From positions 1-64,000 of IMG/VR virus record IMGVR_UViG_3300037504_000888: DNA of 64,000 bases; one strand, 5' to 3'. The position numbers and the translations under genes were made by a program. The stretch comes from a virus. The notes beneath the pieces were generated by a model. The model was not told the origin of the DNA and did no database searches. It worked only from the letters and a program-made list of their open reading frames with translations. Shown one piece after another: positions 60,559 to 64,000 of this stretch (within the stretch, counting starts at the first letter, position 1; each line of letters starts with the position of its first letter).

Positions 60559-63285
60559 TTGGCCTCACCCCAGGAATCTCCGACGCCCGCTTCGGCCTCC
60601 ATGGGACAGGCAAGCTCGATGGGGAACGGGTAGGTCATGATCTCCTCGATGTCCTGCTTTGCGTCCTCAACGTGTTCTGCTGGCACCTCGAAGACCAGCT
60701 CGTCGTGGACCTGCAGCACGATGTGGCAGTCGTACCGTTTATCTAGTCCGTAGGCGGCGAGGTTGAGCTGAGCCATGCGACAGACATCCGCGGCCGAACC
60801 TTGGATCTGGGTATTTACCGCCAAGCGCTCACCCAGGGCCTGCTGGTCCTTGCGGTTGCTGTCGATCATGGGAATGTTGCGGCGGCGGCCCATCACGGTG
60901 AAGGCGTATCCGTACTTCTTGCCCTCCTCGATGGCCTCCTTCATGAACCGCTCAACGGCAGGGTAAGTCTTCTTGTACTGTTCGATCTTGGCAATGGCGA
61001 CGTCCTTGTCGACGCCGAGGTCTCTCGCCAACTTGCCAGGACCCATACCGTAGTTCAACGTGTTGTTCCCGAGTTTCCCCGGGCACTGACTATACCTTCG
61101 CTCTTGATTCCTTACAGGTGGAGCAATGAACTCCACGAGGCCCAGTGGGCTGGAAACTCGAACTGCAACTGGCACACTGCCGCGGTTTGAACCGAATCCT
61201 TTTCGGCAGGTTGTTCGCACAACCATGCTCGACCTGGTGGCACCGTTTGCACAGTACTTCCAGGTTGTTCGGGTCAGAGTTCCTCCGGTTTCCGTCCTTG
61301 TGATGGACGAGTACCGCGAAACGTCCGCAGCGAAGGCAGCGATCACCGTGAGCGGTAAACGCAACCTTCTTGTAGTAGTCCGGCGAGGGGCCACCCTTCC
61401 AGGCGTTGTTGTTCGCGCCCTTCTGATTGTAGCCCTTGCGTTCGTACGTGGCGTGCCAGCGTTGCTTGCAAGATTCGAGATGATGTGCACGTCGGCATGG
61501 GGGACACCGTTTACAGTTCGCACCCGTCGGGATGAACTGTTCACCGCATCGGCTACATGTTTTTTCTTTCCGTTGAACATGTCCCATTCCTATGCGCATA
61601 CTCAAGAGTGCCTGCCGTGTCAACGAGGGAGCGGGAGTGACTACCCTGCGCTGAAGCGCCCCACGTTGAGGGGGCCGTCGCCCCCAAGTCGATACACTAC
61701 CCAGAACGGTGGGCAGCACGGGATTGTCTTAGGCAGCGAGCCCGTAGAGTTCCCCGTTTTGAGCAGGTTTTACTTCGGCCTGACTGGTAGGTTGACCGAA
61801 GCCGATGTTCTTGGCGTCAGAACGGTAGGCCGCGTGGTCCACCAGGTACTCCAACAGGTTGGCTCCGGCACGTTGGGTGATGCCGGGGCTCAACTCTTCC
61901 GCCTTCATGGCGAGATCGGCGGGGTCCATCGACGCAGCGTCCTTGCTGAGTTTCTTGCCGGCAGCGACGTCCTCGTAGATGGTGTCGTACATCAGCGCGG
62001 CGTTGCCGGAGTGGATATCCCAGCTCCGTAGGAAGATGTCGATCATCGGTTTCTCCATGGCGGCAGCTGCCAGGAGTCGCATCTCCAGCTGCGAGTAGTC
62101 TGCTGCGATTACCTTCCAACCAGGCTCGGTGATGAATGCACTGCGCAAGTTCCAGTGGTCATTCTCCGGGCGCGGGATGTTCTGGAGGTTCGGGTCGCTC
62201 GAGCTCAATCTTCCCGTCCTGGCGACGTCCTGATTGAAGTTCGAGTGGATACGGTCGTAGGGGTCGAGTAGCTCATGCAGGCCGTCTATGTATGTGCCAA
62301 GCAGCTTCGTGTACTCGCGGTGCTCCAGGATGAGCGCTGCTACCGGATCGTGGTTCTTGTAGTACTCGAGGAAGGGCTCATTGCACTGAGGTTTTCGGAC
62401 GCCGCTCTTACCGCCGCTCGTCATCGATAGTGGAGTGAGGTTCGCGATCTCGAAGAAGTACCTCTGCAGCTGCGGAGTACTTTTGGGGTTGAGCATGAAG
62501 CCTGCCTCACGAACGATGTCGCGCTCGATCTGTCGAATCTTGGCGTGCGCTTCGGGACGGGCTGCCTCGAACTGCGCGCGGTTGACTTTGATGCCACGCC
62601 GCTCCATTGCCCACAGCGCCTTGGTGTAAGGCACCTCGACGCGCTCGAAGAAGTCCCAGAGTGTTGAGATGTAGGGTGGGACGTTCGTGAACAGCGAGTA
62701 GGTGTACTCACCCTGCAGCGTTTGTTTGAGCGACTCCCAGCACTTCAGAGTGCCCCAGGCGTCGTTGGCGGCGTACTCTACCAGCAGGTCGAAGTTTTCC
62801 CGCTCGGCGCGCATGATGACCTCTTCTGCGCTTTGCTTCTTGCCGATCCTCCCGAACGTGTCCTCGAAGTCGGCCCAGGTCCATCCGAGGATGTGGTTGG
62901 CGATGAACTTGAGCTTGTGAGGCTTGTCCTCGTACAACAGCGCATGCATCACCTGTACGTCGTGCCAGTCGCCGGTGATGTTGAGGCCGTAGTTCGCCAG
63001 CATGTGCATGTCGAATTTGGCGTTAGCAAGAATCCAGGTCTTCGATGGGTCGGCGAACGCCCTCTGGCAATGAACGAGCACATCCGCTCGTAACGTCGCT
63101 CGGCTGTTGCCCCAAGCAACTGACCAGTAGAGAGGTACGTCGCCCCACTTACTGAGGCCCGTTGTCTCGGTGTCGATGGCGATGTGCTTCTCGCCCTCGA
63201 TGGCGTTGACTAGGTACTGGATCTGGTCGTGAGTAGAGTCCCTCGACACGTACAGCGTGTCGGGCATATCGATGTTCCAGCTCAT
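60555..63285 (-). CDS. polA: Family A DNA polymerase with 3'-5' exonuclease; exons 63285-61795 and 61058-60555, about 664 aa spliced
   Basis: DTETTG, NAKFD, YAANDA, TGRLSSSDPNLQNIP, ADYSQLEMR, motif B rebuilt across the intron as RSDAKNIGFG|LNYG, QGSAAD, VHDE. Confidence 0.95.
61059..61794 (-). mobile_element. Group I intron (IA2-like) in the polymerase gene
   Basis: P1 CTTCGGT/GCCGAAG with U-G at the splice site; P4 CGGG/CCCG; P7 GACT/AGTC; P7.1; P8 CTCTTGA/TCAAGAG enclosing the ORF; P9 GAAA loop; terminal G; removal restores motif B. Confidence 0.92.
61090..61599 (-). CDS. Intron-encoded HNH homing endonuclease
   Basis: HHKDGNRRNSDPNNLEVLCKRCH; NNAWKGG; Zn-finger repeats at both ends. Confidence 0.9.
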   Translation of the reverse strand: MRIGMGHVQRKEKTCSRCGEQFIPTGANCKRCPPCRRAHHLESCKQRWHATYERKGYNQKGANNNAWKGGPSPDYYKKVAFTAHGDRCLRCGRFAVLVHHKDGNRRNSDPNNLEVLCKRCHQVEHGCANNLPKRIRFKPRQCASCSSSFQPTGPRGVHCSTCKESRAKV

Positions 63286-63336
63286 TCCACCTCCTATCGG
63301 GGAGGCCCGCCCCGGGTTCACCGGGGCGGACCACTG

Positions 63337-63354
63337 CTACTACTACTACTACTA

Positions 63355-63357
<3 letters not shown>
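63337..63357 (-). repeat. (TAG)7 tandem stop-codon repeat
   Basis: CAG CAG (TAG)7 CAG on the minus strand. Confidence 0.95.

Positions 63358-64000
<643 letters not shown>

Noticed and set aside
60555-61580. The 341-aa and 530-aa ORFs as separate proteins, or an intein
   Set aside because: An in-frame stop and the group I core show RNA splicing; the extensions are intron sequence read in frame

Overview
This 64-kb window is a fragment of a large, GC-rich tailed dsDNA phage genome, probably a myovirus given its baseplate-type genes. A myxobacterial host is a guess only. The layout has four blocks. (1) 1-25.7 kb: accessory/early region of mostly minus-strand, ATGA/GTGA-coupled small genes, including a collagen-like lipoprotein, a four-member C2HC Zn-finger paralogue family, a MazG/PRA-PH nucleotide pyrophosphatase, an ATP-dependent DNA ligase, an N6-adenine methyltransferase and an M15 peptidoglycan peptidase. 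(2) A non-coding RNA set: a clear tmRNA (8522-8888, tag ANDNANQAAA) plus four unassigned structured or small RNA candidates (6131-6313, 8891-9280, 11135-11425, 27190-27260), all downstream of TTGAC-type promoters. (3) 25.7-55 kb, plus strand: lysin, baseplate, tail fibre, lysis-like membrane genes, an SNF2/ParB/pyrophosphatase polyvalent protein, and a glycosyltransferase plus radical SAM pair. (4) 55-64 kb, minus strand: replication/recombination module with RusA, Cas4-like nuclease, Hjc-like resolvase, RecA, HU, and a family A DNA polymerase split by a group I intron that encodes an HNH endonuclease. The best candidate for an undescribed system is the structured RNA set, above all the tRNA-like, doubly pseudoknotted RNA directly after the tmRNA. 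Other notable signals are seven tandem TAG codons in frame with the polymerase, a candidate -1 frameshift, and three recurring promoter classes. All folds were derived by eye and no searches were run.
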